Source: Ignavibacteria bacterium
GTDB taxonomy: Bacteria; Bacteroidota; Ignavibacteria; UBA10030; F1-140-MAGs086
Length of the DNA: 64,000 bases
Reading direction: 5' to 3'
Assembly (NCBI GenBank): GCA_016873775.1
Contig: VGWC01000002.1
Coordinates: forward strand, 4,832-68,831
Positions 1 to 9,969 of this stretch are shown one piece after another. The position numbers and the translations under genes are program-made. A model generated the notes under the pieces. That model saw nothing but the letters and a program-made list of their open reading frames with translations. It was not told the origin of the DNA and did no database searches. The stretch's first letter is position 1, and each line of letters begins with the position of its first letter.

Positions 1-945
1 CAAGAAAAAGTTACGTTCAACAAACTTGGTTTCATCGTGATTGACGAGCAACATCGTTTCGGCGTAATGCAAAGAACAGCAATGCGAGAAAAAGCAAACG
101 GAATTGAACCCGATGTTTTGATAATGACAGCAACGCCAATTCCGCGAACGCTTTCGATGACACTCTACGGCGATATGGACGTTTCAACCATTACCGAACT
201 TCCGAGCAACAGAAAACCAATCATAACGAAAATTGTATCGAAAGAAAAGTCGAAGAAATTGAAAGAATTCCTTTTCAAAAAAATAAATGAAGGAAGACAA
301 TTATATATCGTATATCCGTTGATTGAAGAATCAGAAAAATTGGATTTGAAAGCCGCACTCGATGGATTTGAAATTTTACGAACACAAACATTTCCGCACT
401 TGAAAGAACGCATTGGAATAGTTCACGGAAAATTATCGAGCGAAGAAAAAGATGATACAATGAAAAAGTTTCTTGCGCACGAATTGGACATTCTCGTTTC
501 AACAACCGTGATTGAAGTTGGTATTGATGTCCCGAATGCAACTGGAATGGTCATTGTGAATGCAGAACGATTCGGACTTTCGCAACTTCATCAACTTCGC
601 GGAAGAGTTGGAAGAGGAAGCGAACAATCGTTTTGTTTTTTGCAAACAAATGATGAAAACAATATACGTTTGAAAACAATTGCGAAAACAACCAATGGAT
701 TTCACATTGCAGAAGAAGATTTGCAACAACGCGGGCCCGGAGATTATTTCGGAACACGGCAAAGCGGAATCCCGGAATTTCACCATGTGAACTTTGGGGA
801 AGATAAAGAACTTTTTTCCGCGGCACGAACAGAAGCATTTCACATTGCAGAAACCGATGCACAACTTCGACTTCCGCAACATCAAAAAATAAAAAATGAA
901 TTTGAAAAAAAATACAACGAGAGAATGAACATTGCAAGTAGTTAG
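1..945 (+). CDS. recG: ATP-dependent DNA helicase RecG, C-terminal part (5' end outside the window)
   Basis: The frame is open from nt 1. Helicase motifs: IDEQHRFGV, TATPIPRTL (motif III), and HQLRGRVGRG (motif VI arginine finger). Confidence 0.85.
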   Translation, partial: QEKVTFNKLGFIVIDEQHRFGVMQRTAMREKANGIEPDVLIMTATPIPRTLSMTLYGDMDVSTITELPSNRKPIITKIVSKEKSKKLKEFLFKKINEGRQLYIVYPLIEESEKLDLKAALDGFEILRTQTFPHLKERIGIVHGKLSSEEKDDTMKKFLAHELDILVSTTVIEVGIDVPNATGMVIVNAERFGLSQLHQLRGRVGRGSEQSFCFLQTNDENNIRLKTIAKTTNGFHIAEEDLQQRGPGDYFGTRQSGIPEFHHVNFGEDKELFSAARTEAFHIAETDAQLRLPQHQKIKNEFEKKYNERMNIASS

Positions 946-1074
946 AGCCGAAGAAAGATATTATGCTAAAGAATATTTTTCAAAACGATTTCCCGCGCAT
1001 GCTTCAATACTTACTTCAACACTTTTTTTCTCAATGTTTCTTTTCTCATTTTTATCCCGAAAAATTTTTCTGTT

Positions 1075-1848
1075 ATGCTACTCATTATTCCTGTTATAGA
1101 AATCAAAAACGGAAAATGCGCTCATATTGTGCAAGGAGGAATGGAACAACCGTTTCTTGATGACCCCGTTGAAATGGCGAGAATGTGGCGAAAAGAAAAT
1201 GCAAAGTGTCTCCATATCACCGATATTGATGGCGCTCGCATCGGAAAAATAGTGAACACGCACGTTATTTCCGAAATTGTTCGTTCCGTAGATATCCCCA
1301 TCGAACTTACCGGAGGAATTAGAAATTTTGAAGAAGTGAACAAAGCGTTTTCGCTTGGTGTTGCACGCGTTATTATCGGAACAATGACGATTGAAAAACC
1401 CGAAGATGCTATTCGCTCGTTGCAAACTTATGGACCAAGTACGGTAATTCTTGGTCTCGATTCACGGAACGGATTTGTAAAAACATACGGGGAAATTTCG
1501 GATACGGGATTACTTTCGGCTTCCGTCGCGCTGAATGCAAAACAGATGGGATTCACACGAGTTGTGTACAAAGATGTATTGCAATATGGAAAAATGATTG
1601 CTCCAAACTTCGGCGCTATTGAAACGCTGGCAAAACAATTACAAATGCAATCACAAGGAGTAAAAATGCGTATCACCATTGCCGGCGGAATCTCCAGTCT
1701 CAAAGATGTGCTTACGCTTCAAGGATACGAACCGCTTGGCATTGATTCCGTCATCATCGGACGTGCGTTGTACGAAAATTTGTTTTCTTGCCAACATTTA
1801 TGGAGAATGAGTGAAGCGGGAAATTTTCCTTACACGGCAAAAATCTAA
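1075..1848 (+). CDS. hisA: HisA-type (beta/alpha)8 ProFAR isomerase family protein, sitting outside any his operon
   Basis: N-terminal IIPVIEIKNGKC resembles the HisA IIPAIDLKDGKCVRL start. LHITDIDGA matches the HisA LHxVDLDGA motif. The C-terminal GGISSLKDV...VIIGRALYE matches the HisA phosphate-binding end. Confidence 0.6.
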   Translation: MLLIIPVIEIKNGKCAHIVQGGMEQPFLDDPVEMARMWRKENAKCLHITDIDGARIGKIVNTHVISEIVRSVDIPIELTGGIRNFEEVNKAFSLGVARVIIGTMTIEKPEDAIRSLQTYGPSTVILGLDSRNGFVKTYGEISDTGLLSASVALNAKQMGFTRVVYKDVLQYGKMIAPNFGAIETLAKQLQMQSQGVKMRITIAGGISSLKDVLTLQGYEPLGIDSVIIGRALYENLFSCQHLWRMSEAGNFPYTAKI

Positions 1849-1857
1849 TCAATGAAT

Positions 1858-1900
1858 AACGAACTAACTAACTAACTAACTAACCAACAAACCAACAAAC
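1858..1900. repeat. Simple sequence repeat: (CTAA)x4-5 followed by (CAACAAAC)x2
   Basis: The sequence reads gaactaactaactaactaaccaacaaaccaacaaac directly, and lies in the spacer immediately 5' of the pfkB-family gene. Confidence 0.8.
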
Positions 1901-1904
1901 GAAA

Positions 1905-2849
1905 TTGAAATTCACTGTTGTCGGACATATTTGCAAAGATTTTATTCATCCCAAGAAAAACGGAAAAGCAGAAAATATTGAACCGTTATGGGGAGGAATT
2001 TTCTTTGCCGTAGCAACGCTTGCCAACATCACTTCTTCCGATGATAAAATCTTTCCTGTTTTTCCTATTGGAGAAGACGATTATGACGCAATCATTGAGC
2101 GATTAAAACATTACCCCAATGTTGATACCGACGGTATTTACAAAATCAAAGGAGAAACGAATTCCGTCCACTTACTGTATTCAACAGCACAAACTCGCAG
2201 TGAATGCTCCAAAAATATTGCTCCTTCTATTCCATTGAAAAAAATTCAACCGTATCTGAAAACGGATGGACTCTTGCTCAATATGGTTTCGGGTTTTGAT
2301 ATTTCGTTGGAAACATTATACAATATCCGACTTGCTATCCGCGAACAAGACGTTATTTCACACATTGATTTACACAGCCTAACGCTCGGTATCAATGATG
2401 ATTTTACACGCTTTCGAACACCGCTTATCGAATGGCGGCAATGGGCATTCATGATGAATACCGTACAGATGAATCAGGAAGAAGCAAAAAGTTTAACCGT
2501 AGAACGATACAGCGAAGAAATGCTCGCGAAACAATTGCTCTCCGTAGAAGTTCAACAGTGTATCATTACCAAAGGCGCAAAAGGTGTTTCGTTGTTTGTA
2601 GCAGAAGAACACAAACATATTTCACAACATACAATTCCTCCGGCTGAAAAAATAAAAACCATAGACGCAACCGGTTGCGGCGATGTTTTTTCTGCCGCGT
2701 TTTTATATCAATTTGTCAAATCGAAAAACCCGGTTGCATCCGCCGAATTCGCAAACCTCATTGCCGCAATCAATACGCAATACATCGGTTCTAGCGAAAT
2801 TGATACCATTACAAATGCACAATTAGAAACAGAACATACACCCTTATGA
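1905..2849 (+). CDS. PfkB-family carbohydrate/nucleoside kinase with a TTG start
   Basis: C-terminal DATGCGDVFSAAFLY is the PfkB DTxGAGD anion-hole motif, and the ribokinase-like fold length fits. The start is TTG at 1905. Confidence 0.7.
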   Translation: MKFTVVGHICKDFIHPKKNGKAENIEPLWGGIFFAVATLANITSSDDKIFPVFPIGEDDYDAIIERLKHYPNVDTDGIYKIKGETNSVHLLYSTAQTRSECSKNIAPSIPLKKIQPYLKTDGLLLNMVSGFDISLETLYNIRLAIREQDVISHIDLHSLTLGINDDFTRFRTPLIEWRQWAFMMNTVQMNQEEAKSLTVERYSEEMLAKQLLSVEVQQCIITKGAKGVSLFVAEEHKHISQHTIPPAEKIKTIDATGCGDVFSAAFLYQFVKSKNPVASAEFANLIAAINTQYIGSSEIDTITNAQLETEHTPL

Positions 2850-3583
2850 ACATCGCACTGATTGGCTACGGAAAAATGGGAAAAGAAATTGAATCGTTGT
2901 CAAAAGAACGCGGAACAGTTATCAAAAAAATTTTTACTCGAGAAAATAATAGCGCGGGAAAATCCCTGAACAAACAATCCTTAAAAGATATTGACCTCTG
3001 TTTCGAATTTTCTGCTCCCGACGAAGCGTATTACAATATTGAAGCGTTGATTGCGGCTAAAAAAAATATTGTGTGCGGAACAACAGGATGGTTTGACAAA
3101 ATTTCTTCCGTAAAAAAACTCGTAGAAGAACATCAGATCGGTTTTGTGTATTCTTCGAACTTCTCTCTGGGAATGAATATTTTTATTAGCACAGTTGAGC
3201 GCGCCGCTTCGCTTCTCAACCGTTTCAACGAATACGATGTAAGCATTCACGAAACACATCATGTTCGCAAACCGGATTCGCCTAGCGGAACAGCGTTTGC
3301 GCTCGCATCACTTCTTCTCCAAAATTTTCCACGCAAAACAGAAATCATCACGGAAACGGCTCACCAACAATTGCAACCGCATCAACTGCACGTTTCTTCA
3401 ACTCGCATCGGAAACGTCGTTGGACAACATACCGTCTTGTTTGATTCCGAAGTGGATTCGCTCGAATTAATTCACACAGCAAAAAATCGGCGCGGATTTG
3501 CATTAGGTGCAATTATCGCTGCCGAATGGCTGTATTACACTCAACAGAAAGGATTTTTTACGATGAAGGACGTTCTCGGATGA
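2846..3583 (+). CDS. dapB: 4-hydroxy-tetrahydrodipicolinate reductase
   Basis: MNIALIGYGKMGK is the Rossmann motif. HETHHVRKPDSPSGTAFALA is the DapB catalytic motif. The gene overlaps upstream pfkB and downstream dapA in ATGA fashion. Confidence 0.9.
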   Translation: MNIALIGYGKMGKEIESLSKERGTVIKKIFTRENNSAGKSLNKQSLKDIDLCFEFSAPDEAYYNIEALIAAKKNIVCGTTGWFDKISSVKKLVEEHQIGFVYSSNFSLGMNIFISTVERAASLLNRFNEYDVSIHETHHVRKPDSPSGTAFALASLLLQNFPRKTEIITETAHQQLQPHQLHVSSTRIGNVVGQHTVLFDSEVDSLELIHTAKNRRGFALGAIIAAEWLYYTQQKGFFTMKDVLG

Positions 3584-4479
3584 AACAGCAAACAATCTTA
3601 TTCCGTGGCACTGGAACCGCACTCATTACTCCATTCACGAAAAAAAATACCATTGACGAACGCGCACTTCGCCGACTTATTGATTACCAAATCGAAGGTG
3701 GCGTGGAAGCGATTCTCCCTATCGGAACAACAGGCGAAAGTGCAACTCTTACCGAAGTGGAAATGCGTAAAGTTGTCGAAATTGTTGTTGCTCACAATAA
3801 CAAACGAAAAATTGTTATTGCTGGTACCGGAACAAATTCGACAATGAAAACGCTTGCACTCTCCAAAAAAGCGCGCGACATCGGCGTTGATGGTTTATTG
3901 ATAGTCGGTCCCTACTACAACAAACCGACGCAAGAAGGATTTTATCAGCATTATGCGAATATTGCCGAACATATTGAACTTCCCATCATTATCTATAACG
4001 TGCCATCGCGAACAGGTTCCAACATCACCGCCGAAACTACGTTGAAACTTGCTGAAACGTTTCCCAACATCGTTGGCATAAAAGAAGCGTCGGGAAATTT
4101 CGAACAAATTATGGAAATCCTTCGCAATCGTCCGAAACAATTTGCATTGTATTCCGGTGATGATGCCGTAACGCTTCCGATGATTGCACTCGGAGGCGAT
4201 GGCGTTGTTTCCGTTATTGCCAATCAAGCCCCGAAAATGTTTTCCGAAATGGTACGTTTGTGTTTGCAAGAAAAATTCCGCTATGCCTCCGCTCTGCATT
4301 ATCAACTGCTTCCCTTAATGAATTTCAATTTTATTGAATCCAATCCTATCCCCGTAAAAACTTCTCTTGCAATGATGGGTCTTATTGAAGAGAATTTCCG
4401 TTTGCCGCTCATTCAACTGAGCAGTAGAAATCGTCCGAAACTGGAAGAAATACTGAAAAATTTGAAGTTGATTTCTTAA
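3580..4479 (+). CDS. dapA: 4-hydroxy-tetrahydrodipicolinate synthase
   Basis: GTTGESATLT, IIYNVPSRTG and KEASG are DapA motifs. The start is taken at ATG 3580, overlapping the dapB stop, rather than at the longer ORF start 3526. Confidence 0.85.
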   Translation: MKQQTILFRGTGTALITPFTKKNTIDERALRRLIDYQIEGGVEAILPIGTTGESATLTEVEMRKVVEIVVAHNNKRKIVIAGTGTNSTMKTLALSKKARDIGVDGLLIVGPYYNKPTQEGFYQHYANIAEHIELPIIIYNVPSRTGSNITAETTLKLAETFPNIVGIKEASGNFEQIMEILRNRPKQFALYSGDDAVTLPMIALGGDGVVSVIANQAPKMFSEMVRLCLQEKFRYASALHYQLLPLMNFNFIESNPIPVKTSLAMMGLIEENFRLPLIQLSSRNRPKLEEILKNLKLIS

Positions 4480-4516
4480 AGAGGGCTTTGCAAAACCATA
4501 AAATGGAAACTGTCAT

Positions 4517-4556
4517 TGCGAGCGAAGCAATCTCTTCGAAATGACGCACTTTATAC
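4517..4556. repeat. Palindromic intergenic element, GTCATT...CGAA...AATGAC type
   Basis: gtcattgcgagcgaagcaatctcttcgaaatgac contains inverted GTCATT/AATGAC arms. Related hairpins occur at 10826-10890, 29838-29925, 38972-39030 and 59650-59677. Confidence 0.55.
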
Positions 4557-4605
4557 ATTTTGCGAAGACTTCTAATACTGAAGTAGAGCATTCACCCGAA
4601 AGCAA

Positions 4606-5136
4606 TCAATTGCTCGATTTCACAAATTTTAAAGATGCAGAATTGATACAGTATCGTAATCCTGTAGGTTTGGGTCCGTCGTCGAAAACATGTCCCAAAT
4701 GAGCATCGCAGCGATTGCAAAGAATTTCTATGCGACTCATTCCGTACATATTGTCTGTTTGCTCTTTGATGTTTTCTTTGGCAACGGGAGAAAAGAAACT
4801 TGGCCATCCGCTTCCGGATTCAAATTTTGTTTCGGAAGAAAACAGCGGGAGTTCGCAGCAAACGCAGGAGTACACTCCTTGTTCGTGATTATTCCAATAC
4901 GTTCCTGTAAATGCTCGTTCGGTTCCTTTTTTCCGTGTTATGCAAAATTGTTCGTTCGATAATTGCGCTTCCCATTCGTCATCTGTTTTTATGATTTTTT
5001 TGTGCATAGTTGTTGAATCATTTTGTCGAAAATTGCTTTTCGTTGATTGTGGAGGTACGTTGTTGGATTTGTTTTCCGTACAGGAATAAAAAACATTGCA
5101 AAGGAAAAGAGCAACTGTTATGAAAGAGGATGTCAT
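4606..5136 (-). CDS. msrB: Peptide-methionine (R)-S-oxide reductase MsrB, probably a lipoprotein
   Basis: GWPSF and RYCINS are SelR/MsrB motifs. There are two CxxC pairs (CVCC...CNRC) for a zinc site. The N-terminal signal has a Cys lipobox-like FYSC. Confidence 0.85.
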   Translation of the reverse strand: MTSSFITVALFLCNVFYSCTENKSNNVPPQSTKSNFRQNDSTTMHKKIIKTDDEWEAQLSNEQFCITRKKGTERAFTGTYWNNHEQGVYSCVCCELPLFSSETKFESGSGWPSFFSPVAKENIKEQTDNMYGMSRIEILCNRCDAHLGHVFDDGPKPTGLRYCINSASLKFVKSSN

Positions 5137-5140
5137 TGTG

Positions 5141-5944
5141 TTATTTCAGCAAGATAATCTTTGTTGATAGAGATGATGATGGCGTTTGGAAATAAACAAT
5201 ATACAAACCGCTTGCAATAAACGTTCTCGCAAACGGAACTTCATACGTTCCCGCATCCATCCATTGGTTTTCCAATAGCGTTGCAACGACTTTTCCCGAA
5301 ATATCGAAGATACGCAGTGAAATATGCGCTGGTTCTGTTTGCAGAAAACGAATGTTGGTTGAAGCGTTGAAAGGATTGGGATACGATGAAATCAAACGAA
5401 ACGAAGGTAACGAGTTTTCTTCTTCAGAAACTGCATTCGGTTCGTACGCCGTAAGAACAACATTTTCTCCGAAATTCCACTCGTCTTCCGTAGGAATACC
5501 GTTGAGATTGACACTGTTCGCAACCGCATACAATGTATCGGCGCCCGGAATGAATGGCGCGGTATAAGAAAAATTCCATCGTATCAAACCGGTTTCGGAA
5601 GGACGAAGCGGCGCGGTGCAGGTAAGTTCACTATCCAACACAACGAGAAACGTATCCAAAGAAGAAAGCGAACCGCGCAAAACTGCAACATTCATTCCCG
5701 CCGCGGAATCGGGACCGCCATAAACAGTGAGCGTATAATTTGCCGTTTCTCCGAGTGCAACCGAATCGGGTCCTGCAATCGTTATGTTGACATTGGGTGA
5801 GTGAAATTCATTATGGCAAACACAGCCAACACCGTTCTTTCGGGTAAGACCGACTTGCCTGCACGTTTTTTTTATGTCGTTGAATCCAAGAAAGAACATT
5901 CCAACAAGACATACAACGAGAAAAAAGGCATACTTCGAGAACAT
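5141..5944 (-). CDS. Secreted protein with a T9SS C-terminal sorting domain (Por_Secre_tail)
   Basis: The C-terminus [37 protein letters not shown]...GLYIVYFQT is a typical T9SS type-A CTD. The N-terminal signal peptide is [15 protein letters not shown]. The ORF extends to 5998, but the signal-peptide Met at 5944 is preferred. Confidence 0.7.
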   Translation of the reverse strand: MFSKYAFFLVVCLVGMFFLGFNDIKKTCRQVGLTRKNGVGCVCHNEFHSPNVNITIAGPDSVALGETANYTLTVYGGPDSAAGMNVAVLRGSLSSLDTFLVVLDSELTCTAPLRPSETGLIRWNFSYTAPFIPGADTLYAVANSVNLNGIPTEDEWNFGENVVLTAYEPNAVSEEENSLPSFRLISSYPNPFNASTNIRFLQTEPAHISLRIFDISGKVVATLLENQWMDAGTYEVPFARTFIASGLYIVYFQTPSSSLSTKIILLK

Positions 5945-6100
5945 TATGGTGTAAAGATTTATTTTGAGAAAATAAAAGAAGAAAAATGTTGTTCGCAAAA
6001 ATTTCCGAAGAAGTATTTCTCCTACGCGAAACTCATTTCTTTGTTTCGGTGTTTTTTTACCGTTCTATTTTTAGGTATTTTTTCCCCGCTTTAAAACTGT

Positions 6101-7687
6101 ATGAAACAACGTGAAACCCTGACAGAACCCAAGGGAACTATCCTTTGGGTTGACGACGAAATCGAACTCCTTCGCCCGCATATTCTCTTCTTAGAAGATA
6201 AAGCGTACGACGTAGAAACGGCATCCAACGGCGATGATGCACTGGAACTTGTTCGCCATCAACTTTTTGACATTATTCTGCTTGACGAAATGATGCCTGG
6301 AATGGGCGGCTTAAAAGTGCTGGCAGAAATCAAATCTCTTCGTCCCGGAATTCCTGTTGTTATGGTTACAAAAAACGAAGCGGAAAGTTTGATGGAAGAA
6401 GCCATTGGGGACAAGATTTCAGATTACTTAACGAAGCCGGTTAATCCTTCGCAAGTGCTGTTGACAATTAAAAAAATCCTCGAAGGAAAGAAAATAACTT
6501 CCGAGCATTTGCAAAGCGATTACGTCCGCGAGTTTAACCGTATTTCTGCATCGTTATCTACGGGATTGCTCGCGAATGAATGGCTCGAACTTTATACAAA
6601 ACTTACTCGATGGGCAATAGATTTTGACGAACATCCGGAACTGGGATTGCGACAAACGCTGAATGACCAGTTTCGTGAAGCAAATATGGAGTTTGGAAAA
6701 TGTATTGATAGAAATTACACAAAGTGGGTTTCATCAACTCCTGATAAACGTCCAACGTTTTCGACGGACATCGTGGATAAATATCTCATTCCGGAACTGC
6801 AAAAAGATAAATCTGTTTTTTTTTTCGTAATAGATTGTATGCGTCTTGACCAATGGTTTGTGTTTGAGGAAATTCTTCGTGAATATTTTACTGTAAAACG
6901 CGATGCGTATTTTTCTATCCTACCAACGGCAACTCCTTATTCCCGCAACGCTATTTTCAGCGGCTCGTTTCCCGACGAAATTGAAAAACGGTATCCGGAA
7001 ATTTGGGCAAAATGGGAAGATGATGAAAACAGTTTGAATAAATTTGAGAAAGAAATGCTCGACAAATTACTGGAGCGAAGAAAGATTGCAATGAAGCCCG
7101 AACAAAAATACATCAAAATTCTCGATGGGGGTTACGGCAGAGGTATTGAACAAAATATTCTTTCGTACACTGCAAACCGTTTGACTTCAGTTGTTGTTAA
7201 TTTTGTTGATATGCTCGCACACGGACGTTCCGATTCTCCGCTGTTGAAGGAAATTGCCCCTGATGAATCGGCTTATCGCTTGCTTACAAAAACCTGGTTT
7301 CTCTATTCTTCGTTATTCGGAATGTTGAAATCGCTTGCGGAACAAAAAAATGTTTCCATCATCATTACCACCGACCACGGAAGCATTCGTTGTTTGCGAA
7401 GCGCAAAAGTCATTGGCGATAAAGAAGCCGCATCAAATCTGCGATATAAATACGGACGCAATTTAAAATGCGACGAGAAGAATTGCATCTTTATCAAAAA
7501 TCCAACGGATTACCGATTACCAAAACGCGGTGCCGCAATCAATTATATTATCGCAAAAGAAGATTATTACTTTGTGTACCCGACAGATTTTCATCATTAC
7601 GTTACACAGTATCGCGATACGTTTCAACACGGCGGCGTTTCGCTCGAAGAAATGATTCTTCCGATTGCAACATTAGAACCGAAGTAA
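6101..7687 (+). CDS. porX: PorX-type response regulator: CheY-like receiver plus PglZ (alkaline-phosphatase superfamily) domain
   Basis: The REC domain has ILWVDDE, the phospho-acceptor in IILLDEMMPG, and VMVTKN...LTKP. The C-terminal PglZ features are FFFVIDCMRLDQW and ITTDHGS. The length of 528 aa is typical for PorX. Confidence 0.75.
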   Translation: MKQRETLTEPKGTILWVDDEIELLRPHILFLEDKAYDVETASNGDDALELVRHQLFDIILLDEMMPGMGGLKVLAEIKSLRPGIPVVMVTKNEAESLMEEAIGDKISDYLTKPVNPSQVLLTIKKILEGKKITSEHLQSDYVREFNRISASLSTGLLANEWLELYTKLTRWAIDFDEHPELGLRQTLNDQFREANMEFGKCIDRNYTKWVSSTPDKRPTFSTDIVDKYLIPELQKDKSVFFFVIDCMRLDQWFVFEEILREYFTVKRDAYFSILPTATPYSRNAIFSGSFPDEIEKRYPEIWAKWEDDENSLNKFEKEMLDKLLERRKIAMKPEQKYIKILDGGYGRGIEQNILSYTANRLTSVVVNFVDMLAHGRSDSPLLKEIAPDESAYRLLTKTWFLYSSLFGMLKSLAEQKNVSIIITTDHGSIRCLRSAKVIGDKEAASNLRYKYGRNLKCDEKNCIFIKNPTDYRLPKRGAAINYIIAKEDYYFVYPTDFHHYVTQYRDTFQHGGVSLEEMILPIATLEPK

Positions 7688-8160
7688 TGAACAGTTCCGG
7701 CGACCCTTTCTTACCATCCACATTCGTTTCTCGTTCGGAAACAGATACAATAGATTTAGGAAAAACATTCGCACGCCAATTGCGTTCAAACGATATTGTT
7801 GCCCTGTTCGGAAATTTAGGAAGCGGAAAAACGCGATTTGTGCAAGGAATTTGTAACGCGTTGAACGTTGAACACAATATTTCCAGTCCAACGTTTACTC
7901 TTATCAACGAATACAAAAGCGACAAAGGAAAAATATTTCATTTCGATTTTTACCGTATCCATTCCGTTGATGAAATATTGCAACTGGGATTTTATGAATA
8001 TCTGGAATCCGACGGAATCTGCATCATTGAATGGGCAGAACGCACAAAAGAATTTCTTCCTGCAGTTCGATATGATGTGTATTTTGAGTTCGGAGAAAAT
8101 GAAAACGAAAGAATGATTTGCATAGAAAAATTCCTGAACGATGAGTATCCTCGGAATTGA
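7687..8160 (+). CDS. tsaE: tRNA threonylcarbamoyladenosine biosynthesis protein TsaE
   Basis: GNLGSGKTRFVQGI is the P-loop and SPTFTLINEY is the TsaE signature. The start is the in-frame ATG overlapping the porX stop, not the longer ORF start 7468. Confidence 0.8.
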   Translation: MNSSGDPFLPSTFVSRSETDTIDLGKTFARQLRSNDIVALFGNLGSGKTRFVQGICNALNVEHNISSPTFTLINEYKSDKGKIFHFDFYRIHSVDEILQLGFYEYLESDGICIIEWAERTKEFLPAVRYDVYFEFGENENERMICIEKFLNDEYPRN

Positions 8161-8890
8161 AACAGCAACGGAAACTTGCGGAGTTGCACTTATGCGCGAG
8201 GGCATACTGCTCGACGAATTTTCACGAGAAGAAAAACATATTCACGCCGAACAACTTGTTCCAATGGTAGAGCAATTGCTCAAAAAAAATAATACAGAAC
8301 TCGCATCACTTGATGGTGTCGCAATTTCCATTGGACCGGGCTCATTTACCGGTTTACGTATCGGATTAAGCGTTGCAAAAGGATTAGCGGAATCCGTCAA
8401 TCTTCCGCTCGTTGCTGTTCCAACATTGACATCCGTTGCATTTGCTTTGAAAAATACGTTACACGCAAGCGAACAAACAATGGTATCTGTTTTGGAAATA
8501 CAGCGAAATGAATTTGCCGTTGCATCATTTTCTTCGAAAAGATTTTTTGAGCATCATTCCGAAGTAATTTCTGTTTTGCAACATACGGATTCAACAGCAG
8601 CGATAGAACAATACTTTATGCAACGTAGCGAACAGTTATTACTCTGCGGTCCTGCATCGGAAAAAATATTTCGAGTGTTGCAGAACTATCATTCGCTCCA
8701 GGAAAAAATTTTTCTTGCAGGAAACGCATTTCGAAAATGTAACGCACGTTTTGTTGCATTCCTCGGAGCGCAACTTTTGCAACAGAATGATATTGCAGAC
8801 ATTCCATCGTTACAACCATTGTACGGAAAAGATTTTGTTGCAAAACAATCGACAATTTTTGCAAGAATAACAAGGAACAACAGTAACTAA
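8141..8890 (+). CDS. tsaB: tRNA threonylcarbamoyladenosine biosynthesis protein TsaB (YeaZ)
   Basis: MSILGIETATETCGVAL and ISIGPGSFTGLRIGLSVAKGLA are TsaB motifs. The gene sits directly downstream of tsaE. Confidence 0.85.
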   Translation: MSILGIETATETCGVALMREGILLDEFSREEKHIHAEQLVPMVEQLLKKNNTELASLDGVAISIGPGSFTGLRIGLSVAKGLAESVNLPLVAVPTLTSVAFALKNTLHASEQTMVSVLEIQRNEFAVASFSSKRFFEHHSEVISVLQHTDSTAAIEQYFMQRSEQLLLCGPASEKIFRVLQNYHSLQEKIFLAGNAFRKCNARFVAFLGAQLLQQNDIADIPSLQPLYGKDFVAKQSTIFARITRNNSN

Positions 8891-8924
8891 CTATACATTA
8901 CTCTTATCAATTATTTATTGAACA

Positions 8925-9767
8925 ATGTCCTGGTTTCGACGAAATAAAGAAAACATCTTAACAGAATCTACTGAACGCAATGAAACACCCGAAGGCGTGT
9001 GGACAAAATGCGAACGATGCGATGAAATTATTCACCGCAAACAACTGGAACAAAATTATTTCACGTGTCAGAAATGTGAGTACCATTTTCGTATAACGAG
9101 TTCAGAATATATTTCATTTTTTCTTGACGAACATTCGTTCAAAGAAATGGACAGAAAAATTCGTTCTGCCGACCCGTTGAAGTTTGAAGATACAAAACCT
9201 TATCGTACGCGTTTGCAGGCAACAATGAAGGCGACCAATCTCTACGATGCAATCAAAACAGGAACTGGAACAATTGAAAAAATTCCTCTCGTTGTCGGTT
9301 GTATGGATTTTTCTTTCATCGGAGGAAGTATGGGTTCTGTTGTCGGTGAAAAAGTCGCGCGCGCCGTTGACCAATCAAAACGAAAAAAACTTCCACTCGT
9401 TCTTATTTCTTCAAGCGGCGGCGCACGAATGATGGAAGCCGCGCTTTCGTTAATGCAACTTGCAAAAACCTGCGGAAAACTTTCGCAACTCCACGAACTC
9501 CATATTCCTTTCATTTCCATTCTCACTGACCCAACAACCGGAGGAGTTACTGCAAGTTTTTCGATGATGGGCGATATCAATATCGGAGAACCCGGTGCGC
9601 TTATTGGATTTGCAGGTCCGCGCGTTATCAAACAAACCATCGGAAAAGATTTACCCGAAGGATTTCAACGAAGCGAGTTTTTACTTGAACACGGATTTCT
9701 TGACCTCGTCGTACATCGCAGAGATATGAAAAAAACCGTTGCGACATTGTTGAGAATGATAATGTAG
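8925..9767 (+). CDS. accD: Acetyl-CoA carboxylase carboxyltransferase beta subunit
   Basis: N-terminal zinc ribbon CERCDEIIHRK...CQKCEYHFRI, plus GGSMG and SGGARM carboxyltransferase motifs. Confidence 0.9.
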   Translation: MSWFRRNKENILTESTERNETPEGVWTKCERCDEIIHRKQLEQNYFTCQKCEYHFRITSSEYISFFLDEHSFKEMDRKIRSADPLKFEDTKPYRTRLQATMKATNLYDAIKTGTGTIEKIPLVVGCMDFSFIGGSMGSVVGEKVARAVDQSKRKKLPLVLISSSGGARMMEAALSLMQLAKTCGKLSQLHELHIPFISILTDPTTGGVTASFSMMGDINIGEPGALIGFAGPRVIKQTIGKDLPEGFQRSEFLLEHGFLDLVVHRRDMKKTVATLLRMIM

Positions 9768-9969
9768 TGAAATTTGAAATTGGGATTTGAGTTTTCAGAT
9801 TTTCATTTGTACCTTCTCCGCAAAATTTATTGTAGAAAAATCAACGAAGGAAATTTACTATGAGGCAATTACATTTAACTATAATTGCAATTTCAATAAT
9901 AGCAATAATTACAATTCAATTTGCTTGCAAAGAAAAACCAACCGAAACTACTCAACTCGAAACAACAAT

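Noticed and set aside
5141-5998. Possible c-type heme site (CVCH) in the T9SS cargo protein
   Set aside because: The motif is C-x-C-H (GCVCHN), not CxxCH, so heme attachment is not supported.
7468-7686. 5' extension of the tsaE ORF overlapping the porX 3' end
   Set aside because: The extension lies entirely inside the porX coding region in another frame. The ATG at 7687 gives a canonical TsaE N-terminus.
9787-9969. N-terminal 61 codons of the long ORF containing panC
   Set aside because: The composition is low-complexity N/Y/S-rich and unlike any PanC N-terminus. The conserved PanC start MKIIS at 9970 fits better.
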